Source of the DNA: Octopus vulgaris
Taxonomy: Eukaryota
DNA: 64,000 nucleotides
Assembly (NCBI GenBank): GCA_951406725.2
Contig: OX597838.1
Location: 18,786,001-18,850,000, forward strand
Reading direction: 5' to 3'
Shown here: positions 41,327 through 55,648 of the stretch, in pieces
Numbering within the stretch: the first letter of the stretch is position 1
How the letters are laid out: every line of letters starts with the position of its first letter
Translations under genes and position numbers: made by a program
The notes under the pieces: model-generated
Database searches by the model: none
What the model was told of the DNA's origin: nothing
Seen by the model: the letters and a program-made list of their open reading frames with translations, nothing else

Positions 41327-43024
41327 AGTCCAATAATTTAATGAAACATAATAATGGCTAAGGATTCGATCATTTCTTGTATACAAAAACGAAACATGAA
41401 TTATGAGAGTTTTAAATCAATTTACAATTCCTGAGCGATGGATAAAGTTTTTTTATCATTAATACCATTTTCACCACCATCAAACAATTGACATCTGTAA
41501 CGAAATTATCGATTGCAAGATCTGTAACAACAACACTGACGTCAACGACGACGACAACACGACGGTAGCATCAATCACAACAACATCGACGATCACGGTG
41601 GCAATGACAACAACGAAAACAACAGTGGAGGTGCAATGGCCCAGTGGTTAGGGCAGCGGACTCGCGGTCGTAAGAACGCGGTTTCGATTCCCCAGACCGG
41701 GCATTGTGAGTGTTTATTGAGCAAAAAACACCTAAGTTCCACGAGGCTCCGGCGGGGTCGTGTTGGTGAACCCCGCTGTACTCTTTCACCACAACTTTCT
41801 CTCACTCTTTCTTCCTACTTCTGCCACAAAGCAGAGGAACCATGGTGTAACCCACTATGGTGTGGTAAAACTTTCAGACCCTAGTCTAGATTGCGAATCC
41901 TCTGTACCCCAGGATAGTTCAGCTCTCCACCCGTTAAAAAATCCACTGTTTACGGAATGAGGATAACAAAGCTTTCGCGCCCGAGCAACCGCCACTCTAT
42001 CGCGTGTGGTGGGTGGATCTTCAAGTTGCCACGCGCACTCTTAGTAGATTATTGCTTGTGGCTAATGGCGTGAGTCCTGATTGAATGAAGAAGAAGAAGA
42101 AGAAGAAGAAGAAGAAGAAGAAGAAGAAGAAGAAGAAGAAGAAGAAGAAGAAGAAGAAGAAGAAGAAGAAGACAGCAGCAGCATCCACAACGAAAACCAG
42201 CGACGTCGACATCATTAGCAACAGCGTTGACAACAATAACAAGAACAACAACAATATCAACAACAGGAGAAAAACGATAATAAAGATGACGACTTTTATT
42301 ATTATTATATGGTCATAAAGCAATCACTATCTCGTCCTAGAATTGAACTTACAACCTGTTCGTTCTCTTTTCTAAATCATAAGAATGACAGAAAGCTGAC
42401 ACCTTTGACGACCAACACGCCTTTCTAGAGACATTCCTTATTCGTTCAGATGTTTCTCGCAAACCTTTAATACACGCTTGCCTTTGACCTACTGATAGTT
42501 CTGACACGTGCTGACCTTTGACATTTCCATAATCCTGGCGCTTGGTCAGTCACGTGATCAAGACACGTCAACGATCTCGAAGCTGGTTTTCTCCACCATG
42601 ATATCTGTGTGTATGTGTGTGTGTATGAGTGTGTGTATGTGTGTGTAAGTGTGTGTGTTAAGGTATGTTTTATGCGTGTGTGTAGGCATGTATATGTATG
42701 TTGTCATGTATGTTTGCGTGTTTGTGTTTGTGTGTGAGAAAGTGTGTGTGTGTGTGTGAGTGAGTGTGTGTGTGTAAGTGTTAAGGTGTTTTATGTATGT
42801 ATGTGTAGGCATGTATATGTATGTGTTCATGTATGTTTGTGTGTGTGTATGTATGTATGAATATATGTATGTGTATCTATGTATGTATGAATATGTGTGT
42901 GTATGTATGTATGTATATATGTACGTATGTATATGCTCATGTATGTATATATGTATTTATGCGTGTATGTATGCATGTATGCATGTGTGTATTTTTATAT
43001 GAGTGTACGTATCTGTGCGTATGC

Positions 43025-43059
<35 letters not shown>

Positions 43060-43489
43060 TGTGTGTATGTATGTGTGTGTGCATATATGTGCGTCTACAT
43101 ACGTCTGAAAGTATACGTGTGTATTTAAGTATATGTATGGACTTGCTGGTATTTGCGTGTTTGGGCGATGTGTGCGTGAAAGAGGCGGTGGGAGAGCGAG
43201 AAAGAAAGACAGGGAGAGTGAGAAAGACAGAGGGGGAAGAGAGGGAAAGAGAGAGGAAAGGATAAGAGAGGGTGGAGGCAAGAAAGATCAAACAGCCGCC
43301 ATTCCGTCAATACTCTCTGACATCATTTCTTATAGTTTTTTTTTATATTTTGACGCGTGTTCGCACCCACGTTCACACACCCACCTACATAGCTACTCCC
43401 CCACAGCACACTTAAACACACATACACACACGGACAGACAGACAGACACACACATACACGCATACACACACGCTGTCTGTCTATCTCTT

Positions 43490-43575
<86 letters not shown>

Positions 43576-43590
43576 TATATTTTCTTTTCT

Positions 43591-44140
43591 TTTCTTTTAC
43601 TTGTTTCAGTCATTTGACTGCGGCCATGCTGGAGCACCGCCTTTAATCGAGCGACTCGACCCCGGGTCTTATTCTTTGTAAGCCTAGTACTTATTCTATC
43701 GGTCTCTTTTGCCGAACCGCTAAGTGACGGGGACATAAACACACCAGCATCGGTTGTCAAGCAATGGTAGGGGGACAAACACAGACACACAAACACACAC
43801 GCACATACATATATATATATATGGCCTAGTGGTTAGGGCAGCGGACTCGCGGTCGCAGGATCGCGGTTTCGATTCTCAGACCGGGCGTTGTGTGTGTTTA
43901 TTGAGCGAAAACACCTAAAAGCTCTACGAGGCTCCGGCAGGGGGTGGTGATCCCTGCTGTACTCTTTCACCACAATGGCGGTGCCCCAGCATGGCCACAG
44001 CTCAAGAGCTGAAACTGGAAAAACAAAAAAAAAAAAAAAAAACATATACACGACGGGCTTCTTTCAGTCTCCGTCTACCAAATCCACTCACAAGGCTTTG
44101 GTCGGCCCGGGGGTATAGCAGAAGACACTTGCCCAAGGTG
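43591..44140 (-). mobile_element. SINE family A interrupted by a family C fragment (43824-43973)
   Basis: Family A halves at 43591-43800 and 44048-44140 flank a nested SINE C head. Confidence 0.8.
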
Positions 44141-44384
44141 CACATATGTTCTTTTATTCTTTTACTTGCTTCAGTCATTTCACTGTGGCCATGCTGGAGC
44201 ACCGCCTTTAGTCGAACAAACCGATCCCAGGGCTTATTCTTTTATTCTTTGTAAGCCTAGTACTTATTCTTTCGGTCTCTTTTGCTGAACCGCTAAGTTA
44301 CGGTGACGTAAGCACACTAACATCGGTTGTCAAGCGATGATGGTGGGACAAAGACAGACACACTAACATACATACATATATACA

Positions 44385-44650
44385 CAATAATAAAAGGGTA
44401 AAATCAATTAATTATTAATTAATTTTACCAAGTAGTGTTCAGTATGTAAGAGGACCATTTAAGGTATATTTAAAATATTACGTTATATAATTAGGGTTCA
44501 GTAATTATTTTTGAGTATACATTGTCTGGGAGATTTTTCTTATAGTAGAAGAAATAGCTAAGATTTTTTGGCTGCTATTTCTAAAAGTTCAGTGTGTGGT
44601 AAAGTAAATTATTTTACTGAACCCTAATTATATAACGTAATGTTTTACAT
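44385..44650. mobile_element. AT-rich fold-back insert inside the (TA) tract of a SINE-A copy
   Basis: Inverted arms at about 44471-44513 and 44610-44647. It splits a SINE-A copy (44155-44360 and 44679-44826). Confidence 0.55.
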
Positions 44651-45113
44651 ATATACACATATATATATATATGTATATATACGATGGACTTCATTCAGTT
44701 TCCGTCTACCAAACCCACTCACAAGGTTTTGGTCGGCCTGAGGCTATAGTAGAAGACACTCGCCCAAGGCGCCACGCAGTGGGACTGAACCCGGAACCAT
44801 GTGGTTGGGAAGCAAGCTTCTTACCATATATATCTCAAACTTTTATGCGTACAGAAGATCATACCACAACCATGTATCCAACCAAGGATGCACTTTCTCA
44901 TTCAACAAATAACAAACACACACACAATACATACACATGTACACGCTCACTAGTTTTAACCAGGCGCATACAGGCGAGCATACACAAGTCAGAGTCGCCG
45001 ATGGAGCCCCTACGTGCTTGGTGGATAAGCTAGAAATAGCAGCTAGACAGCTCTCAAATATTTTACATAAGGCACATTGGATAATGTGGTTCTAAATAAA
45101 CAATTTCTAGATA

Positions 45114-45349
45114 AAGGCGGAGAGCTGGCAGAATCGTTAGCACGTCGGGCGAAATGCTTAGCGGTATTTCGTCTGCCGTTACGTTGTGAGTTCAAATTCC
45201 GCCGAGGTCGACTTTACCTTTCATCCTTTCGGGGTCGATAAATTAAGTACCAGTTACGCACTGGGGTTCGATGTAATCGACTTAATACCTATGTCTGTCC
45301 TTGTTTGTCCCCTCTATGTTTAGCCCCTTGTGGGTAGTAAAGAAATAGG
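45114..45349 (+). mobile_element. SINE family B monomer with a target-site duplication
   Basis: TTCTAGATAAA on both sides (45105-45115, overlapping the first bases of the element, and 45350-45360). Confidence 0.88.
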
Positions 45350-45850
45350 TTCTAGATAAACAATTTCTGGATAAAAGTTAGGACACTCAAAACTGGAAGG
45401 TTTTTGTTGTTGGGTGTGTTGAATCAGGGTTTACCTGAAGGCAAACAACAACAACAACAACAGCAACAACAACATTGCAAATAACAGCACTGTACCACAT
45501 AACACACTGATAGCGTATTATCAATATACCACACAAATGACATTGACATTGTGTGACTACTTGTGCAGAAATGTCAATATACCGTTGACTTGTATATATT
45601 TTAATTGTTTGTTTATTCATACGTTTCGTCTCATTCGATACCCTGACCCCAACGTTTGTTTTGTCTGTCCTCGTATCGTCCCCTCTTTTTCTCAACCCCG
45701 TGGTTAATAAAGAAATTGACTGTGTACCATGGTCAATATACTATTGTCAACTGCTACCGGTGTACCACTGTCTCTATAGCATTGTCATTGTATCACTGAA
45801 TATATATCATTGTCAATGTACTATTCTCAAAATATCGCTCTCAATATACC

Positions 45851-45991
45851 TATTTCTTTATTACCCACAAGGGGCTAAACATAGAGGGGACAAACAAGGA
45901 CAGACGTAGGTATTAAGTCGATTACATGGACCCCAGTGCGGAACTGGAACTTAATTTATCGACCCTGAAAGGATGAAAGGCAAAGTCAACC
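45851..45991 (-). mobile_element. 5'-truncated SINE family B with a 16-bp TSD
   Basis: TCGCTCTCAATATACC at 45835-45850 and 45992-46007. Confidence 0.85.
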
Positions 45992-46194
45992 TCGCTCTCA
46001 ATATACCACTGGCAATATACTTGTGACCCCCTTCGGTCATGAATGACCATGGAATTATACCTAGAAGGTTACCTTCCGAGGCACAAGTCTGAGCAAGGTT
46101 GTTTATGGAAGACCAGCTCTTGCCCATACATACCAGCGCCCCAAAAGGATGAAAGGCAAAGGCCGATACAGCTTGGCACCAGTGACGTCGCAGC

Positions 46195-46510
46195 TCATTT
46201 ATTAACGTGCAAGTGGCTGAGCACTCCACAGACACGTGTACCCTTAACGTGGTTCTCGGGGAGATTCAGCATGGCACAGAGTGTGACAAGGCTGGCCATT
46301 TGAAATACAGGTACAACAGAAACAAGAAGAAAGAGTGAGAGAAAGTTGTGGTGAAAGAGTACAACAGGGTTCACAAACACCACCTGTCGGAGCCTCGTGA
46401 AGCTTTAGGTCTTTTCGCTCAATAAACACTCACAATGCCCAGTCTGGGAATTGAAACCGCGATCCTACGACCCCGAGTCAGCTGCCCTAACAACTGGGCC
46501 ATTGCGTCTA
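46195..46510 (-). mobile_element. SINE family C (3'-truncated)
   Basis: Matches the consensus; other partial copies at 15122-15313 and 41625-41820. Confidence 0.85.
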
Positions 46511-46569
46511 CAGTCAATGTAACATTGTCATTATACCACTGTCAATGTACTACTGACAATATACCACTG

Positions 46570-47170
46570 TTCTACTCTAAGCACAAGGCCCGAAATTTTT
46601 GGTGACGGCGCCAGTAGATTAGATCGACCGCAGTACGCAACTGGTACTTAATTTGCCTTTCATCCTTTTGGGGTCGATTAAATAAGTACCAATTACGCAC
46701 TGAGGTCGATATAATCAACTTAATCCGTTTGTCTGTCCTTGTTTGTCCTCTCTGTGTTTAGCCCCTTGTGGGTAGTAAAGAAATAGGTATTTCGTCTGCC
46801 GTTACGTTCTGAGTTCAAATTCCGCCGAGGTCGACTTTACCTTTCATCCTTTCAGAGTCAATAAATTAAGTACCAGTTACGCACTGGGGTCGATATAATC
46901 GACTTCATCCGTCTGTCTGTCCTCATTTGTCCCCTCTGTGTGTAGCTCCTTGTGGGCAATAAAGAAATAAGAAACGTTGGCACGCCGGGCGAAATGCTTA
47001 GCGGTATTTCGTCTGCCGCTACGTTCTGAGTTCAAATTCCGCCGAGGTCGACTTTGCATTTCATCCTTTCGGGGTCGATTAAATTAATTACAAGTTTCGT
47101 ACTGGTGTCGATCTAATCGACTGGTCCCCTCCCCCAAAATTTTGGGCCTTGTACCTCGAGTAGAAAAGGA
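46570..47170 (+). mobile_element. SINE family B tandem array (about three units) with an inverted 5' piece
   Basis: Repeated units at 46653-47170; inverted tail fragment at 46570-46652. Confidence 0.85.
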
Positions 47171-47228
47171 TAAATATTGCTTCTTAGTATTAACACTGCC
47201 TCTGTGTGTTAGTGTGTATTGATTAATA

Positions 47229-47637
47229 CCTATTTCTTTACTACCCACAAGGGGCTAAACACAGAGAGGACAAACAAGGACAGACAAACGGATTAAGTCG
47301 ATTATATCGACCCCACTGCGTAACTGGTACTTATTTAATCGACCCCGAAAGGATGAAAGGCAAAGTCGACCTCGGCGGAATTTGAACTCAGAACGTAACG
47401 GCAGACGAAATACCTATTTCTTTACTACCCACAAGGAGCTAAACACAGAGAGGACAAACAAGGACAGACAAACGGATTAAGTCGATTACATCGACCCCAG
47501 TGCGTAACTGGTACTTATTTAATCGACCCCGAAAGGATGAAAGGCAAAGTCGACCTCGGCGGAATTTGAACTCAGAACGTAACGGCAGACGAAATACGGC
47601 TACGCATTTCGCCCGGGGTGCTAACGTTTCTGCCAGA
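47229..47637 (-). mobile_element. SINE family B dimer inserted as one unit
   Basis: A 12-bp TSD TATTGATTAATA at 47217-47228 and 47638-47649 flanks the whole dimer. Confidence 0.9.
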
Positions 47638-48039
47638 TATTGATTAATATCTGCTAAGAAAAAGCACGAGGACAGGAATAGATCTGGAACGCATTCTGTG
47701 GATTGTATAGTGTTTGTCCAGACTGGAGACGGTATCGAGTTAGTTCACGGACGCATAGGTAGCTGTCGGAGTGACAGAAGAGAACGGCAGAGAGGAAAGT
47801 CTCTTTGAGTCAGTGGTTTTTGTTGGGTTTTTTTTCCCCCTTGTATGTTGATGATTAAAGATGTGTCTGAATACACAGAGGAGCAAAACAGTGCTGTCTT
47901 TGAGTCAGGGCTGTGATGTATTGGTCTCCGGAGACGTGTCTGACTACACTAAGAACAGAGGAGAGAAATGGTGTGTATGTGATTTAGTGCTGGTACTATG
48001 TCTGTGTTTGTATATATATATATACTTTTTTTTTATCTC

Positions 48040-48332
48040 GTAGTTGCTTCAGTCGTTAGACTGTGGCCATGCTGGGGCACCGACTTGAAGAATTTTTTTT
48101 TAGTCGAATGAATCGACTTCAGTACTTGCTTTCTGCTTTTTTTTTTTGCTTTTTCTTTTTTTTTTTTCTTAGCCTGCAACTTATTCTATCGATCTCTTTT
48201 TGCCGAAACGCTAAGTTTTGGGGGAGGTAAACACACCAACACCGGTTGTCAAGCGATGGAGGGGAAAAAACAGAGACAGTAAGACACATATACGTACACG
48301 CATGCACATACATACATACATACATACATACA

Positions 48333-48363
<31 letters not shown>

Positions 48364-48750
48364 TTATGTATATATATATATATATGTGTGTGTATATATG
48401 TATGTGTGTGTGTGCATGTATGTATGTATGTATGTATGTATGTATGTATGTATGTATGTGCATGTATGTACGTATGTACGCATGCATGTATGTATGTATG
48501 TATGTATGTATGTATGTATGTATGTATGCATGCATGCATGTATGTATCTATGTATGTACGTATGTACGTATGTATGTATGTATGTATGTATGTATGTATG
48601 TATGTATGTATGTATGTATGTGTATGACGGATTTCTTTTAGTTTCCGTCTACCAAAATCTATTCACAAGTCTTTGGTCGATCTGAGGCTACATTAGAACC
48701 CGGAACCATATGTTTAGGCAGTAAACTTCTTACCACACAGCCACGCCAGC
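48040..48750 (-). mobile_element. SINE family A with a greatly expanded internal microsatellite
   Basis: Family A halves separated by about 340 bp of (CATA)n/(TATG)n. Confidence 0.75.
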
Positions 48751-49015
48751 AATCGAATGATTTTCCTTTTGGGGGTTCCGTCAAGGGTGTAGCACCATAG
48801 CCCTGAGCGATCCTTGAATATGAGTTTAAGGTGTTTGTGCATAACTAGAAAACTGTCTCCAGATATCTCTCCAGTACTGCGATGTGGTCTACACTGTTTG
48901 TATTTGTAACAACAGCACAGTACTCGATAGGTCAGTAGTACTGTAATATGGTTTCGGATGTGTGTGTAAGAACATCGCTGCACACGATATATAAAGCAGT
49001 TATGCAATATAATCT

Positions 49016-49623
49016 ACCACTGTGTTTCGCTATTTTCCCCCAGGCCCCACTATGACTTTCCACAAAAATGTTTGCCTCACCGGTTGCTGGAAAAAAAAAC
49101 GACTTTATTTTTTATATATTATCACAATTATTTTATGAAAAAGAATCTATCGGTAACTCTTTTATTAAGTACTGAGTATTGATTTTTCATAATTATATTC
49201 TTTCCTGAACGAAATATCCACACCAGGGCATTAGAATAACGCCTTACTATAGCAGTCTTCACGCAGTATGCTTGATTGGAGGGATTAGCTTGGCTAGGCA
49301 GTGTATAGGGGTAGTATGTTTGCTGTGAAGGAGAGAATTTCACAATTCCATATCCCACTAAAAAAAAAAATCTTGGATCCCAGACCCTCACCGCAATTTT
49401 CCAAGGCCCCACGCTGGGGACCACTGGTCCAGGACTTTAGTGTATGTAAACAACAGCACAGTCCCAGATAGCAATGCCGTCTTAGCGGCATTATAGGCCC
49501 CTGGATAAATCAGTGCCCTGGGCCCCACAGGTATTTACTTATTGGTAACAAACCTCAAAATAGATGAGAACTGGGTCCCTAAACTCTCAAGGCCCAGAGT
49601 GCCCATACTTTAAGATAGCGCTG
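49016..49623. mobile_element. Two adjacent diverged hAT-like MITEs
   Basis: One ends GGCCCCACGCTGGGGACCACTG (49426). The second is bounded by CAATGCCGTCTTA...TAAGATAGCGCTG and has GGCCC subterminal motifs. Confidence 0.4.
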
Positions 49624-49997
49624 TATGTGAGCTTACGTAACGTGGATCTAGGTTGCTTTTTGCCGTAACAGCAGCACTGTACTCGATATGTGAGCAGGAT
49701 TGCAATGTGTTCTTGCACGAGAGGGAGCTGAATGGTTCTTGCCTTTAAGGGTGTCGCAGAAAGGCCTGGTTAGAGGCCCAACCTTCCGTGTGCTTTTAAA
49801 GGACTTAGAAAAACCGAAGGACCACTGAAGGACCACTGCAATAAGTGTATGAATCTGAGAGGAGGATATGTTGATCCGCCTGTATTTCCTTTTACCCAAA
49901 GCCAGGAACTTTTCAGCATACCATCGTATATTTGTGTATGCAACGACAGTACTGAAACCGATATGACAGTAGTACTCCAGTGTTTATATAAGTAAGA

Positions 49998-50382
49998 GTG
50001 GAGGCGCAATGGTCCAGTGGTTAGGGCAGCGGACTCGCGGTCATAGGATCGCGGTTTCGATTCCCAGACCGGGCGTTGTGAGTGTTTATTGAGCGAAAAC
50101 ACCTAAAAGCTCCACGAGGCTCCGGCAGGGGATGGTGGTGATCCCTGCTGTACTCTTTCACCACAACTTTCTCTCACTCTTACTTCCTGTTTCTGTTGTA
50201 CCTGTATTTCAGAGGGCCGGCCTTGTCACTCTCTGTGTCACGCTGAATATCCCCGAGAACTACGTTAAGGGTACACGTGTCTGTGGAGTGCTCAGCCGCT
50301 TACACGTTAATTTCACGAGCAGGCTGTTCCGTTGATTCGGATCAACCGGAACCCTCGTCGTCGTAACCGACGGAGTGCTTCC
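49998..50382 (+). mobile_element. SINE family C, full length with a 12-bp TSD
   Basis: TSD ATATAAGTAAGA at 49986-49997 and 50383-50394. Confidence 0.92.
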
Positions 50383-50617
50383 ATATAAGTAAGAACAGCA
50401 CTGTAGCTTATAGATACAGTAATACTTTTCTGTTCTAGGCACAAGGTCCGAAATTTTGAGGGAGGGAGCCAGTCGATTAGATCGACCCTAGTACGCAACT
50501 GGTATTTAATTTATTGACCCCGAAAGGATGAAAGGTACACACGACCTCGGCAGAATCTGAACTCAACTCAGAACGTAAAAACAGACGAAATACCGCTAAG
50601 CACTTCGCCCGGCGTGC

Positions 50618-50693
<76 letters not shown>

Positions 50694-50695
<2 letters not shown>

Positions 50696-50911
50696 CGGGA
50701 AGGTTTACGAAAATAAACAAAAGACGAAGGCACGTTTACGAAAATAAACAAAAGACGAAGGCAGGTGGAGTACAAACAAACAATTGTATTAGTATGGCGC
50801 TCAGGAATAGAAATAAAACAAGTCTTTTACGTTTCGAGCCTACGCTCTTCGACAGAAAGATACACAGAAAAAAAACAAGGAGAGAGAAAAAATGCGTGTA
50901 GGAGCTAAACG
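50694..50911 (-). mobile_element. PLE-terminus family copy with a hammerhead variant at 50823-50860
   Basis: Minus strand: TCTTT-CTGTCGA-A-GAGC(gtag)GCTC-GAAAC-GTA-AAAGA. There is an internal tandem duplication near 50703-50763, and the copy adjoins (TA)n. Confidence 0.7.
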
Positions 50912-51231
50912 ATATACGACGGGCTTCTTTCACTTTTCGTCTACTAAATCCAATCACAAGGCTTTGGGTCAGCCTGAGGTTATAGTAGAAGACACTTGCC
51001 CAAAGTGCCAAGCAGTGGGACTGAACCCGGAACCACGTGGCTGGTAAGCAAGCTACTTACCGCACACTGTCGCTCCTGCGCCTATGTATAGCAATATTAT
51101 GTATATCATGTGTGTATAACAGTATCATAACAGTGTATAACAGTATCATAAAATTTTACGCCTATTTAGCGTCATTTTTATATATTTTATATATTTCAGA
51201 TATTTATATATTTTATATATTTTTATTGTTG

Positions 51232-51263
<32 letters not shown>

Positions 51264-51674
51264 TCCGTCATCACCGTCATCATCAAGGCGGTGAACTGGC
51301 AGAATCGTCACCACTGCGTCAGACGAAAATGCTAAGCAGCATTTTCGTCTGCCCTTTATCGTTTCGAGTTCAAATCCCACCGTGGTCGACTTTACACTTT
51401 CCATCCTTTTCGGGGTTCGATGAAATAAGTATCATATTGCAATCGACTTACCCCTCCCCACAAACTGTCAAGCCTTGAGCCTATTGCAGAAAGGATTATT
51501 ATTATTATTATCATCATCATCATCATTATTATTATTATTATTATTATTAACTCTATATTATTAGCACTTCTTTATGCATGTTCATTTATGTATACGTGAC
51601 TACGTGACCGTATATAGCCATATCTTATACATAAATGAACACACTCACATACATACATACATACATACATATAT

Positions 51675-51714
<40 letters not shown>

Positions 51715-51733
51715 ATGTATATGTATATGTATG

Positions 51734-51772
<39 letters not shown>

Positions 51773-51775
51773 ATC

Positions 51776-51806
<31 letters not shown>

Positions 51807-51831
51807 AGAGACTTAGTAATTTTAATATTTC

Positions 51832-51873
<42 letters not shown>

Positions 51874-51896
51874 AGAGACTTAGTAATTTTAATATT

Positions 51897-51964
<68 letters not shown>

Positions 51965-52353
51965 TCATAATTAAACTTTTAATACTTTTGATATATATTT
52001 AAAATAATATAAATTAATTAATTTTATGTATTGGCTTAAGTTTTTCATTGTTTGATTTGCCTAATAGTGGTTTTATCTCTAATTTAATATAATATATATA
52101 TATATATATATTGTCCCTATCTTCGAAACGCGGGGTAGATAAAACAGGGGACAACTGATGAAGGGAATGTTCTTTATATTGCAAGTCTCTGTTCGTTTGT
52201 TTTTTCGTTGTTCGAGAAAAGGTTCGTTTTCTATGCTTTTGTTTTTCATGTTCTCGTTTCTCATTTTGTCTACGTTTTTTGATGTCCTGTACTCATATAT
52301 GCATGTATATATACATATATATGTAGGTATGTACATATATAGGTATGTATAAT

Positions 52354-52758
52354 TACTCTTTTACTTGTTTTAGTCAGTTGACTGTGGCCATGCTGAAGCA
52401 CCGCCTTTAGTCGACCAAATCGACCCCAGGACTTATTCTTTGTAAGCCTAGTACTTATTCTATCGGTCTCTTTTGCCGAACCGCTAAGTTACGGGGACGT
52501 AAACACACCAGCATCGGTTGTCAAGCGATGTTGGGGGGACAAACACAGACACACAAACATATACACACACATACATATATATATATACACGCATACGACG
52601 GGCTTCTTTCAGTTTCCGTCTACCAAATCCACTCACAAGGCTTTGGTCGGCCCGAGGCTATAGTAGAAGACACTTGCCCAAGGTGCCACGCAGTGGGACT
52701 GAACCCGAAACCATGTAGTTCGTAAGCAAGCTACTTACCACACAGCCACTCCTACGCC
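52354..52758 (-). mobile_element. SINE family A, full length
   Basis: Near-consensus copy. Confidence 0.9.
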
Positions 52759-52856
52759 GATATATGCATATATTTGTATATTATTTATTTTATATATATG
52801 TACATGTGGATGTGAGTACGAGTGTTTGTATGTGAGAGCGAAAGAGAGAGAGAGAG

Positions 52857-52934
<78 letters not shown>

Positions 52935-53699
52935 TGTTGTTGGTGCCTTTATATCCAAGACTGCTAATTTGACACATTCTCCCCTGATATCTGAAACCGT
53001 CCACTTCATTACATGGCACCAAAAGTATGAATCTCTTCCGTAGTCAACCTGCTAAAAATAGCAACTAAAATTTTCCTCAAATTATGCTCCACCATCTCGA
53101 AATGAATAAAGTAAAAAAAAAAACAAAAAAACATTGTACAATGTAGTCACGAAGTGGTAGTCATGGCTGGAAAGTTTTTGATCGAGGTTCATTACACTTC
53201 AAGCCACCGACTTTTTCCGTTTCGAGAAAACAATGGACACGCGACGAGGTTACCCAAACTGCTAGAAATAGCAGCCAAGAGTCATTGTTATCTCATGGGA
53301 AAGTCATACTGGATAATGTAGTCCTAGATATACTGTAGAAGGGGTAGCCATGGAGGGAACGCCTGTCCGCTTGATCAGCATATTTTGTCGGTGACAGTTG
53401 TAGTTCAATATTTTTCGCCTGTTACACTAGGGGGAGGTAACTTGTTTTGTCAAGACTGACTATACCTTCCCTATTACCTAAACCACCACTAACTCCTACA
53501 CCACTACCGCCAGTACCAGTACCAGTGTACTACTACCACCGACTACTTTGCTATAGGCAATACCACTACCACCAACACAACTACTAACTACACTACAATT
53601 ATTTCTATCACTGCTACAACCACCACCACCACCACCATCACCATTACCACTACCAACACCACCCTCATATACTGAGTCTAAAGGAAGGGGTAGTATCCA

Positions 53700-53865
53700 T
53701 GACTAAGGGCCTTCCTAAACGGGTGAGATGGATACCCGTAATCTTCCACTCAAACTGTTACGAGTCCACACCTGCAGAATACACATGAGCAAGGGGAAGA
53801 TTCCAGCGGGGAGATGTTATGAGGAGAAAGGATTGGGTATAACTGTTAGTACAGGGCTTCGATGG
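53700..53865 (-). mobile_element. CR1/Jockey-group LINE C-terminal fragment
   Basis: TNSYTQSFLLITSPRWNLPLAHVY...QFEWKI resembles the SFFxRTxxxWNxLP...FK motif. Confidence 0.5.
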
Positions 53866-53934
53866 TCGTATGCATCTATGTATGTATGTTTGTATGTATA
53901 TGTATATGCAGGTACGTATGTGTATTTATGAATG

Positions 53935-53966
<32 letters not shown>

Positions 53967-54195
53967 TGTATGTATGTATGTATGTATGTACGTTTAAATG
54001 TTTATGTGGATGTGTGTGTGTGTATTTATGTCTGTATGTGGATATGTATGTGTGTATGTAGAAATATGTGTGGGTAGCAACGATTGTACTTTTACTTATA
54101 ATAATGTTTATCGATAAGAATATTTAAATGTGCGTGTGTATGTGTGTGTATGTGTACAGGTATATATATAAACCTAGATAGACAGACAGACAGAC

Positions 54196-54267
<72 letters not shown>

Positions 54268-54303
54268 GGATAGGTAGGTAGATAGATAGATAGACAGATA
54301 GAC

Positions 54304-54376
<73 letters not shown>

Positions 54377-54384
54377 CGTAGGTT

Positions 54385-54440
<56 letters not shown>

Positions 54441-54490
54441 CGTAGGTTGATAGATAGATAGATAGATGGATAGGTAGGTAGATAGATAGA

Positions 54491-54621
54491 TATGTTTCTT
54501 TATTAGCCACACCGGGCTGCACACAGATAGAACAAATTAGAAGGTAGAGCTTTTCTTTTGAGGGTTAGAAAAAAAAAAAAAAAAAGGGGGGATTTCGATC
54601 AAAAGGGATCGTAAAAGGAGA
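54491..54621 (-). mobile_element. Tx1 LINE 3' UTR copy in (GATA)n
   Basis: Near-identical to 9417-9550; (GATA)n on both sides. Confidence 0.8.
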
Positions 54622-54640
54622 GATAGATAGACAGATAGAC

Positions 54641-54771
<131 letters not shown>

Positions 54772-55002
54772 TAGATACATGCACACACACACGTGCCTAT
54801 ATTACACAGAGGTGTTTGTGTGTGTGAGAGAGAGACAGACATACAGATCGACAGATCGACAGACAGACAGACAGACAGATTTATAGTGTTTTCCAGTCGA
54901 CAACTGAAAGGAGTGCACTTCAGTTCGTTTCTGAGTGTTTCCGTATAATTCCTGTATAATTCGTTGTTGTACACACACACACAGACACACACACACACTC
55001 AA

Positions 55003-55046
<44 letters not shown>

Positions 55047-55378
55047 ATCTGTGTGTGCGACTGTGTGTGTGTGTGTGTATGCGTGTTTATACATAGATAT
55101 ATACATTAATACGCACATACACATATAATTATACACACTGATATGTGTGCGTGTTATACATACATATACATAACTACATACACATAATCGTTCATACACA
55201 GACACACACACGCACACATATCTGCTTGTCTGTGTGTGTGTGTGTGTTTGTGTGGGAGAGGGAGAGTGTGTGTGTGTGTGTGTGTGTGTGTTTATATATA
55301 CATATACATACATATTTGCACACACACATATTTGCATGTGTATATGTTTCTACACGCATATACATATAATCATACACA

Positions 55379-55465
<87 letters not shown>

Positions 55466-55529
55466 GCGTGTGTGTGCGTATACATACATACACACAACTA
55501 CGTACAAATAATTATAAGCACACGAACAC

Positions 55530-55571
<42 letters not shown>

Positions 55572-55612
55572 GTTTAATTATATCTGTATGTATTTATGGA
55601 TATGTATACATA

Positions 55613-55648
<36 letters not shown>

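Noticed and set aside
52111-52175. Permuted hammerhead (CGAAA...CTGATGA), also at about 18965-19010
   Set aside because: Stems I and III could not be formed consistently; probably PLE-related sequence, but not supportable as a ribozyme.
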